From assembly GCA_963708025.1 (NCBI GenBank), contig CAVPSB010000049.1:181215-245214 (forward strand): 64,000 bases of DNA, read 5' to 3'. Every line of letters starts with the position of its first letter. Within the stretch, counting starts at the first letter, position 1. A program made the translations under genes and the position numbers. The notes under the pieces are model-generated. The model was given only the letters and a program-made list of their open reading frames with translations, made no database searches and was not told the DNA's origin. The DNA comes from an uncultured Candidatus Rokubacteria bacterium. GTDB taxonomy: Bacteria; Methylomirabilota; Methylomirabilia; Rokubacteriales; DASRDR01. Below, piece by piece: positions 18,896 to 28,695 of this stretch.

Positions 18896-20010
18896 CTACG
18901 GCCCGAACGTCACACAGACCGGCGAACCTAGCTCAGCGGCTTGGCCGGCCGGAGTGAGCTTGCCGGAAGCCGCATCCACCTTGAAGACGACGATGTTGCC
19001 CGTCTCCTGGTTTGCCGCGAGCAGCCAGCGGCCGGACAGATCGAGAGCGAAGTTGCGCGGCCCTCGACCCTGGGTGCTGGTGTGTTCGATGAACGTGAGC
19101 CGCCCACCAGCGCCAATCGCGAACACCGCGATGCTGTTGTGGCCTCGGTTCGAGCCGTAGAGGACTTTTCCGGTTGGGTGCACAAAGATCTCCGCGGTCG
19201 TGTTCTGCCCGGCAAAACCTTCCGGGAGCGTCGTGATCTCCTGCACTTGCTCGAGAGCCCCGGTGGTGGCGTCGTGCTCGAAGACTGTGATCGTGTTGAG
19301 CATCTCATTGATCACGTAAGCAAAGCCGTCATGGAAAGCGAGATGGCGCGGGCCCGAACCCGGCCGCACCTTGGCGAATCCTTGGATCGTTCGGAGTGAG
19401 TGTCCCTTTCTGCGCATCGAGCCGGTAGATGAGCACCTGGTCGGTTCCGAGATCGCAAGCGTAGACGAAGCCTCCCTGCGTGTAGATGCTGTGAGCGTGG
19501 GGACGTTCCTGCCGTCTCGCATTGGGGCCGGAACCCGTGTGCTGCACGAACCCGGTTGCCTCGCCGAGGGTGCCGTCGTCGTGAATCGGGAGCGCGGCCA
19601 CGCTACCGCCGCCGTAGTTCGCGACGACCACGTACTTCCCGGCGCCATCGACGACAAGATGACATGCCTCAGCGCCGCGCGACGCTTTCGAATTCAGCGG
19701 CGCGAGTCCATCGTCCGCCCCGATCGCGTAGGCACTCACGCCGCCGCTTCCAGTCTCGTTGACGGAATAGAGGAATCTCCGGTTGGGATGAAGCGCAAGA
19801 AACGTCGGGTTCTTCGTTTCTGCAACCAGGCCGCCGGCCGTCAGAGCGCCGGTTTCGGAGTTCAGGCGAAACAGGTAAATGCCTTTGCTGCCCCCCTTCT
19901 TCGTGTACGTGCCCACGTAAACCCTGAGATCGGCGGCAGAGACAGAAGTGTCAGACGTGGCGAGCACGGCGGGAGTGATGAACGCGACAGAACGGAGCCT
20001 GGCGCGATCA
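18896..20010 (-). CDS. pgl: 6-phosphogluconolactonase-family (7-bladed beta-propeller) lactonase; frameshift near 19385
   Basis: VYVGTYT..GSKGIY, NPTFLALHPN, VVANYGGGSV, RQERPHAHS, CDLGTD | GSGPRHLAFH, LYGSNRGHNSIAVF, PRNFALD. Start uncertain. Confidence 0.85.
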
Positions 20011-20147
20011 GCTCTCCTTCTGGCGCGATGCGCTGCGACCTCGCCACCTCGTCATTGCTCGTCTCACCAGGCTGCCGATCCTGCGCCGAATAAGCCGGGG
20101 CTTCGAATCGGTCCCGGCGGGCTCAGCCCGCGCGACCAGATCGGTCC

Positions 20148-21434
20148 TCATCCGCCGGCGCCGGTCCGTGCTCGCCGGATGGGTGCGCTCATGGAAAAGC
20201 GCAGCGCATGCGCCGCGTACCCGATCGGCCTCGAGAAGTACCGGAGTGCGCCCGCCGAGCTCGGACGCCCGAGCGCGGCGCCGCGGAGATACTCGCGCGA
20301 GGGGAACAGGAGCCACTGGAGCACGCGCGCCTGCGTTCGCCAGCCACCCGGCATCCTGCGGAGCAGGGCGAGAAGAGGCTGGCGCGACCCGTTGCGCGCG
20401 GCGAAGAGAGCCACGTCGCGCTCCACCGCCGGCGCGCGGTCGAATGCCTCGGCGAGCCGGTCAAGAAAGACGCCGGGGACCCGAGCGCCGAAGGTGTCGC
20501 TCAGATAGCGCAGCATCACGTAGAGCGGGAGCGTGAGTCGCGCGCGCCAGGCGATGTCGAGCACCTCGTGCCAGTCGAGGTCCGACTCCCGGTCGATGAT
20601 GAACCACGCATCGCACACCCAACGCAGGCTCGCCCGACTCGCGGAATACGAGGCATGCCCGCAGACGTGCACCAGGGCGTGCTCAGGCGAGAGTACGCGC
20701 GCCGCCACGCCGGCGATCGTGGTTGCCCGGCTGCGCTCCCATGCCTCGGTCGCGGGAAGGCTGTAGAACGGCAGCGCGAAGAGCTTGGCGTGCAGCTCGA
20801 GCGGAAGTCCCGAGGGATGATCGAGCCGGATGTCCGAGGGGCCGTAGTCTGGCGAGGCCGAGGCCGGCGTGAAACCGGCCGTGCCGAGCGCCCGCACAGC
20901 ACGCTCCAGGTCATCGGGCGCGACGAGGAGGTCGATGTCGTGGCAGTGCCGTTGGGCCGGATGGTCGTACACGATCTCGGCCAGTGCCGCGCCCTTGATC
21001 ACGAGCACGGACACTCCACTCGCGCCCAGCGCCTCGAGCGCGGCGCGGCAGATTGCGCGATAGGCGTCGTTGCGCATCGCCTCGCGGGCGTACGAGGTCG
21101 TGAGGTATGGACGCAGCGCCGGATCCACCTCCGCCGCATTGCGGCGAAGCGCGGTGAAGAGGAGCGGGAGGATCTGCTTCGCTCCCCCCGCGTCGTCCGC
21201 CACGGCGGCCTTCACATCCGCGTGGTAGCGCTGCCACTGGCGCCACGCGTCCCGCCCCGGCTCGGCAGACAGCAGGCAGGCGCGCAGCAGCCACGTCTGG
21301 TCGGCCCGCGGGAGGACGATGCCGAGCGCGCTCGCCAGCCGCGAGCGGGCGAGCGGCGCCCCAGGCACGCGGAACGCGCCCGGGTGGCCAAGGGGACTGC
21401 CCGACGAGTGCTCCAGGGCGCCGCCCACGCTCAT
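20148..21434 (-). CDS. Uncharacterised nucleotidyltransferase (NTP_transf_5 type)
   Basis: LVIKGAALAEIVYDHPAQRHCHDIDLLV, LELHAKL, LSPEHALVHVCGH, LRWVCDAW. Confidence 0.85.
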   Translation of the reverse strand: MSVGGALEHSSGSPLGHPGAFRVPGAPLARSRLASALGIVLPRADQTWLLRACLLSAEPGRDAWRQWQRYHADVKAAVADDAGGAKQILPLLFTALRRNAAEVDPALRPYLTTSYAREAMRNDAYRAICRAALEALGASGVSVLVIKGAALAEIVYDHPAQRHCHDIDLLVAPDDLERAVRALGTAGFTPASASPDYGPSDIRLDHPSGLPLELHAKLFALPFYSLPATEAWERSRATTIAGVAARVLSPEHALVHVCGHASYSASRASLRWVCDAWFIIDRESDLDWHEVLDIAWRARLTLPLYVMLRYLSDTFGARVPGVFLDRLAEAFDRAPAVERDVALFAARNGSRQPLLALLRRMPGGWRTQARVLQWLLFPSREYLRGAALGRPSSAGALRYFSRPIGYAAHALRFSMSAPIRRARTGAGG

Positions 21435-22174
21435 GTCTTCTTCTCGGCGGAGGAATCGGCAAGCGCCTCGGTACGGCGCCGGTCGAGCGACGACTTCAGG
21501 AATGCCAGCCACTCGTCGCGCGCCTGCGCGGTCTTCCGCCGGGTGAGGTTGGTGTGGTGCATGCGGCGGTACGTGAGCACATCGGACAGCACCTCGCTTA
21601 CCGCACCCAGGGCCGCGGCTCGCATGAACCAGTCGGCGGCGTCGGCAAACCAGAGCTGGGGGTCGAACCCTCCGACGCGGTCGAACACCGCGCGCCGCGC
21701 GAGGAGCGTGGTGGTGGCGTAGCCCGGCGGCTGCACGCGCTCGGAGTCCTTGTACTTCTCTTCCTCCTCCTTGAGCTCCGCGATCCAGAAGAGCTTCACG
21801 TACGAGAGACAGTAATCCAGCTCCGGGCGGGCGGCGAAGCGCGCCATCTGTCGCTCCAGCTTTTCCGGATGCCAGAGATCGTCGCCGTCCAAGAAGGCCA
21901 CCATCTCTCCGCGCGCCTCACGCAGCCCGGCGTTTCGCGCGGCCGGCGGCCCCATATTGGACTCCCAATAGTAGCGCACCTGCGTCCCATATTGCTCCAC
22001 CAGCGCCCTGGTACCGTCGGTCGACCCGTCGTCGATGACGACGATCTCGATCGGGCGATACGTCTGCGCGAGGATGCTGTCGATCGCTTCCTGGATGTAG
22101 CGCTCCCCGTTGTACGTGGGCACGATGCAGCTGATGAGAGGATTCATGGCGCCCTCCGAGCCTGTCGCGCTCAT
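21431..22174 (-). CDS. Glycosyltransferase family 2
   Basis: ISCIVPTYNGERYI, VIDDGSTDGT, ARNAGL, AFLDGDDLWHPEKL. Confidence 0.92.
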   Translation of the reverse strand: MSATGSEGAMNPLISCIVPTYNGERYIQEAIDSILAQTYRPIEIVVIDDGSTDGTRALVEQYGTQVRYYWESNMGPPAARNAGLREARGEMVAFLDGDDLWHPEKLERQMARFAARPELDYCLSYVKLFWIAELKEEEEKYKDSERVQPPGYATTTLLARRAVFDRVGGFDPQLWFADAADWFMRAAALGAVSEVLSDVLTYRRMHHTNLTRRKTAQARDEWLAFLKSSLDRRRTEALADSSAEKKT

Positions 22175-23310
22175 GCCAAGCTCCGTTGCGCGCGCCCGCG
22201 CTCGGCGAGCCCGCGGATCAGCTCGTCGTACGCGTCCACGTGCTGCTCCCAGCCAAAGGCAGCTAGGGCTCGCTGCCGAGCGGCCCTGCCCATCGCCGCG
22301 GCGCACCGCGGATCGTCCAGCAGCCTCGCGATGGCTCGTAAGAGGGCGCCGATGTCTTCGGGCTCGATGAGCAGTCCCGTCTCGCCGTCGACGACCACCT
22401 CGGGGAGCCCACCCACGCGTGCGGCGATGACCGGGCGCTCGAGTTGCCCCGCCTGCAGCACGGCGAGGCCGAACCCCTCCTCCACGCGTGAGGGCATCAG
22501 CACCATGGTGGACTGCGCAATCACCGCCGGGATCTGCGCGGGGTTCACCCACCCCAGGAAGTCCACGCGATCGGCGATGCCGAGGGCGTGCGCCTGACGC
22601 TCCAGCCTCGCGCGCTCCTCGCCGTCGCCGGCGATGGTGAGGCGAAGCAGCGGATAGCGCGGCGCGATCCGGGCCAGCGCCGACAGCGCGAGGTCGAAGC
22701 CCTTCTCCTTCGTGGCCAGGCGTCCGACGCAGAGTAGGCGTGGCGCCTCGAGCGGCGGAGGCGTGGGCGCGTGCGCCGTGGCCTCCAGTCCGTTGAGGAT
22801 CACGGAGCAGCGGTCAGCGATCTCGGGCGCCTGCCGGCGTATGCGCTCGAGCGTCGCGGCGGAGCACGCCGTCACCCATTCGGCATCGCGCAGCAGGCGC
22901 CGCAGCACGGAGTTGGGGGTGAGCACGTGGTCGGGGAAGGCGCCATGCAATGTGCACAGCGTGGCCGCCGGGTGCGCGTCGCGTGTCTCGAGATGCAGAA
23001 CGGTATCGAAGGTCGCATGGTAAACGTGTACGACCTCCGGCGCAAAGCCGCGCTTGAGCTGCGCCACCGTCCGCCGCAGCTCGAACCAGCGCAGCGCGTC
23101 GCGGCTCTCCGCCACCTGCAGGAAATCGAAGCGGCGCACCGGAACGCCCTCGAAGCTGGACTCGGCGGCGAGCTCCAGCTCGTCGCGTCGGGTGACCACC
23201 AGAATCTGGTGCCCCCGGTCGCGCAGCGCGGTGACCAGGCGGGCGCCGAGCACCTCGACCCCACCGATGTTCGGCCAGAACGCGTCACACCAGAAAAGAA
23301 TGCGGCTCAC
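22171..23310 (-). CDS. Glycosyltransferase family 4
   Basis: GTG start overlapping upstream stop; FWPNIGGVEV, LCVGRLATKEKGFD, PSRVEEGFGL, VGGLPEVVVDGETG. Confidence 0.92.
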   Translation of the reverse strand: MSRILFWCDAFWPNIGGVEVLGARLVTALRDRGHQILVVTRRDELELAAESSFEGVPVRRFDFLQVAESRDALRWFELRRTVAQLKRGFAPEVVHVYHATFDTVLHLETRDAHPAATLCTLHGAFPDHVLTPNSVLRRLLRDAEWVTACSAATLERIRRQAPEIADRCSVILNGLEATAHAPTPPPLEAPRLLCVGRLATKEKGFDLALSALARIAPRYPLLRLTIAGDGEERARLERQAHALGIADRVDFLGWVNPAQIPAVIAQSTMVLMPSRVEEGFGLAVLQAGQLERPVIAARVGGLPEVVVDGETGLLIEPEDIGALLRAIARLLDDPRCAAAMGRAARQRALAAFGWEQHVDAYDELIRGLAERGRAQRSLA

Positions 23311-23580
23311 GGCGCATCGACCGCGAGCGAGTCGAGGAGCTCGTTCACGCGGGCGGGGATGGTCTCGAGGTCGCTCCCCATCTCGAGCCGATGTGATGGC
23401 ACCCGCTCCACGAGGCACACGAGCGCGTCGAAGCCTCGTCGTGCCGGCATGAACGGGAGCATGAGCAGCGAGCTGGGCACCAGCGTGCGGAGCGCTTCGG
23501 CGCGCGATACGGGGCTCAGGTGTGCGCCCGCCGCGGCCGACGATCCTGGGAAGGACCAACGCTCGAACCGGCACCATGCT
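23307..23580 (-). pseudogene. C-terminal remnant of an HPr-kinase-like protein (paralog of 43431..44510)
   Basis: VPVRALVLPRI | SRAEALRTLVPSSLLMLP...LVERVPSHRLEMGSDL aligns by eye with VPIRVLVLPRL...SKGEALLALGPSSLLQIP...LVERVPVYSLELGRDL; the P-loop part is absent. Confidence 0.78.
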
Positions 23581-23676
23581 CTCATGGCGACCAAGCGTGT
23601 CCGCCGCTGCGCGCTGCGTGCGTATGCGATTCGTGCCCGTCCGCCGAGTGACGAGACTGCACGCCGCGCTTCGCCA

Positions 23677-24135
23677 CTAGAGGCCCGACCGCGGTGCCGG
23701 CGGTGCCGACTCCTGCCATGGGACCTCCTTGAGGCCCGGCATCGGCGGGTCGAGCGCGAGGAGGTCGGCCATGTCGCGGTAGCTGTTGAGGCGCGGCTCC
23801 TGGTACGGCTGCTTCGCGCCAGGCGACGCGCCGGTCGTGGGCGCCGCGGCGTCGCCGACGGCCGGCGTCACCAGCTTCTCGGCGATGAGCTCGTCGAGGA
23901 GTCGTTGCGCGTCCTCGAGCGCGCGCTGGCCAGTGACCTCGTACCGCGCGACGACGCCGTCCACAATCTCCTCGAAGGGCCGTCCCTCGGCGACCAGCGA
24001 CCAGATGAATCCACCCACCTTGTCCATGCTGTAGTACGTGCCGTTGGACAGATTGATGATGACGGCTTCGCCGTCGATCACCTTCGCGGCGCACTCCTCC
24101 TCGTTCGGTACCAGGCGGCTACGCGGTGACAGCAT
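23677..24135 (-). CDS. PqqD/RRE-family protein with fused leader-like C-terminal tail
   Basis: RBS AGGAG; KVIDGEAVIINLSNGTYYSMDKVGGFIWSL...YEV...EDAQRLLDELIAEKLV (PqqD fold), then PYQEPRLNSYRDMADLLALDPPMPGLKEVPW. Confidence 0.88.
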   Translation of the reverse strand: MLSPRSRLVPNEEECAAKVIDGEAVIINLSNGTYYSMDKVGGFIWSLVAEGRPFEEIVDGVVARYEVTGQRALEDAQRLLDELIAEKLVTPAVGDAAAPTTGASPGAKQPYQEPRLNSYRDMADLLALDPPMPGLKEVPWQESAPPAPRSGL

Positions 24136-25249
24136 GTGCATTCTCCTTGGCGACCTGCTGGTACAGAATGTCGAATTGGGAGACGTGACGCTCGATCGTG
24201 AATTCCTCCAGCGCGCGCTGGCGGCCCACGATGCCCATCCGCGCTGCCACGTCGGGATTCTCCAACAAGTACAGTATCGCGTCGGCGAGTGCACCGGGGT
24301 CTTCCTTCTCGACCAGCAGCCCGGTATCCCCGTGCACCACCACCTCCGGCACCCCACCAACGCGACTCGCGATCACGGGACGCGCCATCTGGGCGCCCTG
24401 CAGTGCCACGAGTCCGAATGCTTCCTTCCACCGGGAGGGCTGCAGCACCATCGTCGAGGCGTTGATGAGCTGCGGAACGTCTGCGGGGGCAACCCATCCC
24501 AGAAAGTCCACGGCATAGGCGATCCCGAGTTCCGCCGCCTGCCGCTCGAGCGCGGCTCGCGCCACTCCATCACCGGCCAGCACCAACCGCGCGCGGTGGA
24601 ACCTCGCGCGCACTTTCGCGAATGCGGTGAGCGCGGTGTCGAACCCCTTCTCTTCCACCAGACGCCCGATGGCCAGAATGCGCGGCGGATCCAGTGGGAG
24701 CGCGCTTGGGCGAAGAGCGGGCACGTCCAGCCCGTTGTGCACGACGGATGAGCGAGGCTGGATCTCGGGCACGAGCTGCCGCGCCTCGTCGAGCACCGCC
24801 ATGGAGGGGGCCGTGACCCATGCCGCATCGCGCAACGCGCGGCCGAAGAGCGAGTCGCCCATCGCGGCGGCGGCGGGCACGAAGACAGGAAGAGTGACGA
24901 GCAGCGGTGCCGGCCACGCGTCGGCGGTCTGATAGTGGAAGAGGAAGCTCGGGTCGGTGATGTTGAGGTGCACGAGATCGGGGCGGAGCTCTCGCTTGAG
25001 CGCGGCCAGTCCCCGCCGTGCCCGCACGATCTCCTCGAGGTCTCTAGTCGCGATCGCGGTCTGGAAGCGAAAGCGATGCACCGGTACTCCCTCGTGCTCC
25101 GCGAGATCCGGTAGATCGAGATGACCATGCGAGGTGACGACGCACGGCTCGTGGCCGCAGCGACGCAGCCCGCGGAGCAGCTGCGGCGACCGTACCTCGA
25201 CGCCGCCGATGTACGGGGCGTACAGTGCCGTCCAGTAGATCACGCGCAT
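24119..25249 (-). CDS. Glycosyltransferase family 4
   Basis: MRVIYWTALYAPYIGGVEV, IGRLVEEKGFD, PSRWKEAFGLVAL, VGGVPEVVVHGDTG. Confidence 0.92.
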   Translation of the reverse strand: MRVIYWTALYAPYIGGVEVRSPQLLRGLRRCGHEPCVVTSHGHLDLPDLAEHEGVPVHRFRFQTAIATRDLEEIVRARRGLAALKRELRPDLVHLNITDPSFLFHYQTADAWPAPLLVTLPVFVPAAAAMGDSLFGRALRDAAWVTAPSMAVLDEARQLVPEIQPRSSVVHNGLDVPALRPSALPLDPPRILAIGRLVEEKGFDTALTAFAKVRARFHRARLVLAGDGVARAALERQAAELGIAYAVDFLGWVAPADVPQLINASTMVLQPSRWKEAFGLVALQGAQMARPVIASRVGGVPEVVVHGDTGLLVEKEDPGALADAILYLLENPDVAARMGIVGRQRALEEFTIERHVSQFDILYQQVAKENAHAVTA

Positions 25250-25446
25250 GGAGATCCTCCCGCTGCGTCGCTGTCCATGTTCACCACTCTCCATTCGCTG
25301 GACACGGAGCAGAACCTCCCTGATCAGGAGGATCACCGCCGCCGACGCGGCTGGGCGGTGCCGGCACGAACCGTGCGAGGAGGCGCTTCTCCCATCGGAA
25401 GAGGTGGCCGATGAACTGTCTCGCCGGATTTCTCATGGTCGGGTCG

Positions 25447-26721
25447 TCAGGGCGACCAGAATCGCCACTCCGCCCGGCCCCGCCGCGTCGTGGACACAGC
25501 CAAGCCGGCCAGGTAGAGCCCGCACTGATAGGCGGCCAGCTTGGCGAACTCGATTGGCGCGGACAGGCGGGACCGACGCGAGACCGAGACACGCAACTCC
25601 TCCCAGAGCCAGCGCAGGGGGTCCTGGCTGCCCGTCACCAACTGGCGCAGATATCTGGCCCGTTCCCGTCCGCTCGGTTGGATCCACAGGGCGAGGAGGC
25701 GTCCAGCCGCGGCTTTCTGAAAGCGCTGGTCGAGGAGAGACGGCTCCGGTCTGAGGACCCCCAGGTGGAAGCAGGTCAAGAGATCTGGCCGGATGCGCCT
25801 GAGCACGTGATGCGGAACATCGGTCTCGAAAATCCTCCGAGTTAGCTGCAGCGACAGGGCCAGCCCGTTCAGGAGCCCGCCCCGACGCGCGCTGTCTTCG
25901 ACCAGGTCCCACCGAAACCGTGGGTTCGCCCTGATGATCCGGTCGATGTCCACGAATCTGACGAGGCGATCGAAGCCGCCCTGGGTGTTCTGGCTGACCA
26001 CGTGGAGCAACTGGTGCTCTGGACAGGGAAGGCGGAAGTCCGGTTTGCCGGAGTGGAACTCGGCCCAGGCGAGAAAGTCCTCGGTGACGAGCCGCATCGC
26101 GGAACCCGGGGCGGTCAGCCCGAAGTGCACCTCCACGATGAAGCCACGAGAGTGTCTCACGCGTACATGAAAATGGTGGTCCATGTAACCCTGGAGCTGT
26201 GCCTCGCTGTACCGATTCTCGTATCCGGAGTCGAGGAGGGCCGAGACACCCCTCTCCAGCTGGTCGGCAGGCAGGAGGAGGTCCAGGTCGCCGAACCCCC
26301 GCTCCACGGGCTCGCCATAGAGAGTCGTACACAGCGCTCCCCCCTTGAGCATGACGGGATCGAGCCCGCGGCGGTGGAGAACGCTGAGCACGCGATCGCG
26401 CTCGACCAGCCACAGGCCGGCGCGGCGGCGCAGGCGCGCGAGGGGGTGGGCCAGCTCGTCGCGCGTCTCGGAGGACAGCATCTCTTGAACGGCCGGACGC
26501 TCCAGCGCCACGAGGACCAGTCCCAGCACGCCATGACGCCGTGCGAAATCCAGGAAACGCTCGCGATCCCCTGACCGAGCGAGGCCGCGGAGGCCAGCTG
26601 CGTTGACACGGGGCTCCGGGACGTGCCGGCACAGCTCGATCACCAGGGACTGGATGGGATCGGCCAGGCCCCAGGGGGGCCGTCTCCAGCGGGCGGTGAA
26701 TCCTCTCCTCATGTGCCACAT
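25447..26721 (-). CDS. Uncharacterised nucleotidyltransferase (NTP_transf_5 type)
   Basis: VMLKGGALCTTLYGEPVERGFGDLDLLL, VEVHFGL, PEHQLLHV, FVDIDRII. Start uncertain. Confidence 0.85.
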   Translation of the reverse strand: MWHMRRGFTARWRRPPWGLADPIQSLVIELCRHVPEPRVNAAGLRGLARSGDRERFLDFARRHGVLGLVLVALERPAVQEMLSSETRDELAHPLARLRRRAGLWLVERDRVLSVLHRRGLDPVMLKGGALCTTLYGEPVERGFGDLDLLLPADQLERGVSALLDSGYENRYSEAQLQGYMDHHFHVRVRHSRGFIVEVHFGLTAPGSAMRLVTEDFLAWAEFHSGKPDFRLPCPEHQLLHVVSQNTQGGFDRLVRFVDIDRIIRANPRFRWDLVEDSARRGGLLNGLALSLQLTRRIFETDVPHHVLRRIRPDLLTCFHLGVLRPEPSLLDQRFQKAAAGRLLALWIQPSGRERARYLRQLVTGSQDPLRWLWEELRVSVSRRSRLSAPIEFAKLAAYQCGLYLAGLAVSTTRRGRAEWRFWSP

Positions 26722-27099
26722 CTGTGCCCATCACGAGGTGGACTGCGCTCCACAAGAGGCGGTCCCCCGATAGTGTGGGGATAATGCCCGAAGTGTAGCA
26801 GACTATGCCAGACTCGGGCCAGCGCGCTGAACTGGCGATCAGCGGAGTCACGCAGTCACCGCAGCGATCCCCGCTGTGAAGCGTTTTGCACATCCTGTGA
26901 CGAGGGGTAGTCAGCCGATTCGACCTCATCGGAGACGCCTCGGCGACCCGTTCGACCCCCGCCTGCGCGCGCGGTGACTCGCGGAGGCTCCGCTCACCGC
27001 AACGCTCTTCAGAGCCTCCACGGTTGGCGGCGGCCCGACCGGCAGTCGCCCTCGCGACTCAGCCTCCGCGCCGATTTCGTAATGATCGGCGACTTCATT

Positions 27100-27225
27100 G
27101 AATCGCTCTGTCGGCCGCAGGTGGCCCAATCCCCGCAAGAAGACGTCGCGAAGCGTCCCAGGCCGGTCCGGATGATAGCGGCGAAACTGCTTGCCAAGAC
27201 CCTGGAACCCGATGGCCATGGCCAT
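27100..27225 (-). pseudogene. N-terminal stub of a Wzt-like polysaccharide ABC exporter ATPase
   Basis: MAMAIGFQGLGKQFRRYHPDRPGTLRDVFLRGL directly after the Wzm-like stop; truncated before Walker A. Confidence 0.7.
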
Positions 27226-27226
27226 T

Positions 27227-27655
27227 CTAGAGCTCGTCCACGAAGTCGTGGCTCGCACGCGCGAAGGTCCGTGATCCCACGGCGAGGAGAGCTCCGGATA
27301 GCACCGCGAGTGCCAGAAGAGAAGCACCATCGGGGAACTCGCCGCGGACGAGGATCGCACGATAGGCGTCGAGCAGGTAGAGCATCGGGTTCAGATGGTA
27401 CACGGCTTCATGCCGCGCCGGCACGCGACTCGCCTCGTAGAAGACGGGCGTGAGGAACAGGAGAAGCTGGAGGAACCCGGCCAGGATGTATTGAGTGTCG
27501 CGAAACGTCACATAGAGAGTCGCGGCGAGGTAGGCCAGGCCCAACGTCAGGAAAAACTGGAGCGCGATCGGAACGGGCAGCATGAGCATCGCCGGCGTCA
27601 TGGATCGGTCGTCCAGAATGAAGACGAGCAACAGAATGGGAAGCGCCAGCAGGAG
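27227..27655 (-). pseudogene. C-terminal half of a Wzm-like ABC-2 polysaccharide export permease
   Basis: LLLALPILL...LGLAYLAATLYVTFRDTQY...FLTPVFY...LNPMLYLLDAYRAIL...FVDEL*; no N-terminus. Confidence 0.8.
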
Positions 27656-27669
27656 TTCCGGATCTGCGC

Positions 27670-28575
27670 GTAGGCTCGGGTGTCTGGGAGATCAGGTGAG
27701 GAGCGTAAACGAGCCGCGTGGGTCGGACGCCCTCCGGCGCCAGCGCCACAACGGCTTCCCGCCCGACCGAAGCGGCGTCGAGGACGTCAAACATGGCCGC
27801 GGAGGGCAGGAGCGCACGCCGGGACACGCTGGTGTCGATCGCGCCGGGAATCCGCCTGCCGACGATGACCGCCTGCTGACCGAGAAAGAGGGCCGAGTCG
27901 CGAGCGCCCGATCCGCTGAGCCGCGAATCACCTTCTTCCACCAGCTTGACGGGGGCCGAACATTGAGCCCCGGCAGCGGCGGCGGCGAGGCAGTCCCTAA
28001 CCGACCCACCGTCCGCGAAGGGTCGTCCGAGCAGTCCTTCCCGAACCGCGGCCCGGCAGAGCTCGAAGCCGCTGCCCCGGGTGAGCGCAGCCCGGAGCGG
28101 CTGGGCGCCGATGACTCCCTGCTCGGCGGGCAGACGGACAGCTCCGATCGCGACTCCGCCCACCATGGCCACGACGTTGAGCTCCGAGCCGGCGACGTGG
28201 ACGCAGGGAAGCTCTCCGGTGACCTCGATCGCCACCCAGTCAGTGTCGACCTTGCGCGTCGGCGCGGGCTCGTCGGTGGCGTTCGGGTCGTAGAAACGCT
28301 CCAGCGGCCAGTGTCAACGGTGCCACAGTTCCTGCAGGAATACCGTCCACCCCACCCGCGCGTGGATGTCCCGCCGTAACATGTCTTGGCTGTCCGGAGC
28401 CGAGGGTGTGAGCCGCGTCGATCCCCTCCAGAGTGATCGACCCTGCGCGTCCTCGTGGACCTCGAGCTCGGAATAGACGGTCCGCTGAAAGAAGCGCTCC
28501 AGGATCTGCCAGCCGAACTCCGCCGCAATCGAGTCGGCCAGAACATACCCGAGCACCGCACCGTCAACGACCGGG
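27670..28575 (-). pseudogene. Internal fragment of a large glycosyltransferase-associated protein, with premature TGA
   Basis: Continuous coding-like frame FGWQILERFFQRTVY...GWTVFLQELWHR*HWPLERFYD...GFELCRAAVREGLLGRP; no start or end. Confidence 0.5.
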
Positions 28576-28584
28576 AGCTCGCTT

Positions 28585-28695
28585 CGTACTCGGGGTAGGT
28601 CTGGCCCACGACGGAGGCGAGGGTCTCGCCGATGTACGGGGCCACGTTGTAGGCAGGGATGACGATGCTGACGACGGGACGGCGTGAGACCCCAG
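28585..28695 (-). pseudogene. N-terminal stub of a GT2 glycosyltransferase
   Basis: PVVSIVIPAYNVAPYIGETLASVVGQTYPEYEA, then homology stops abruptly. Confidence 0.75.

Noticed and set aside
26875-26892. TGTGA...GCACA as a CRP/FNR site
   Set aside because: The spacer is 8 nt rather than 6 and the right half-site is imperfect.
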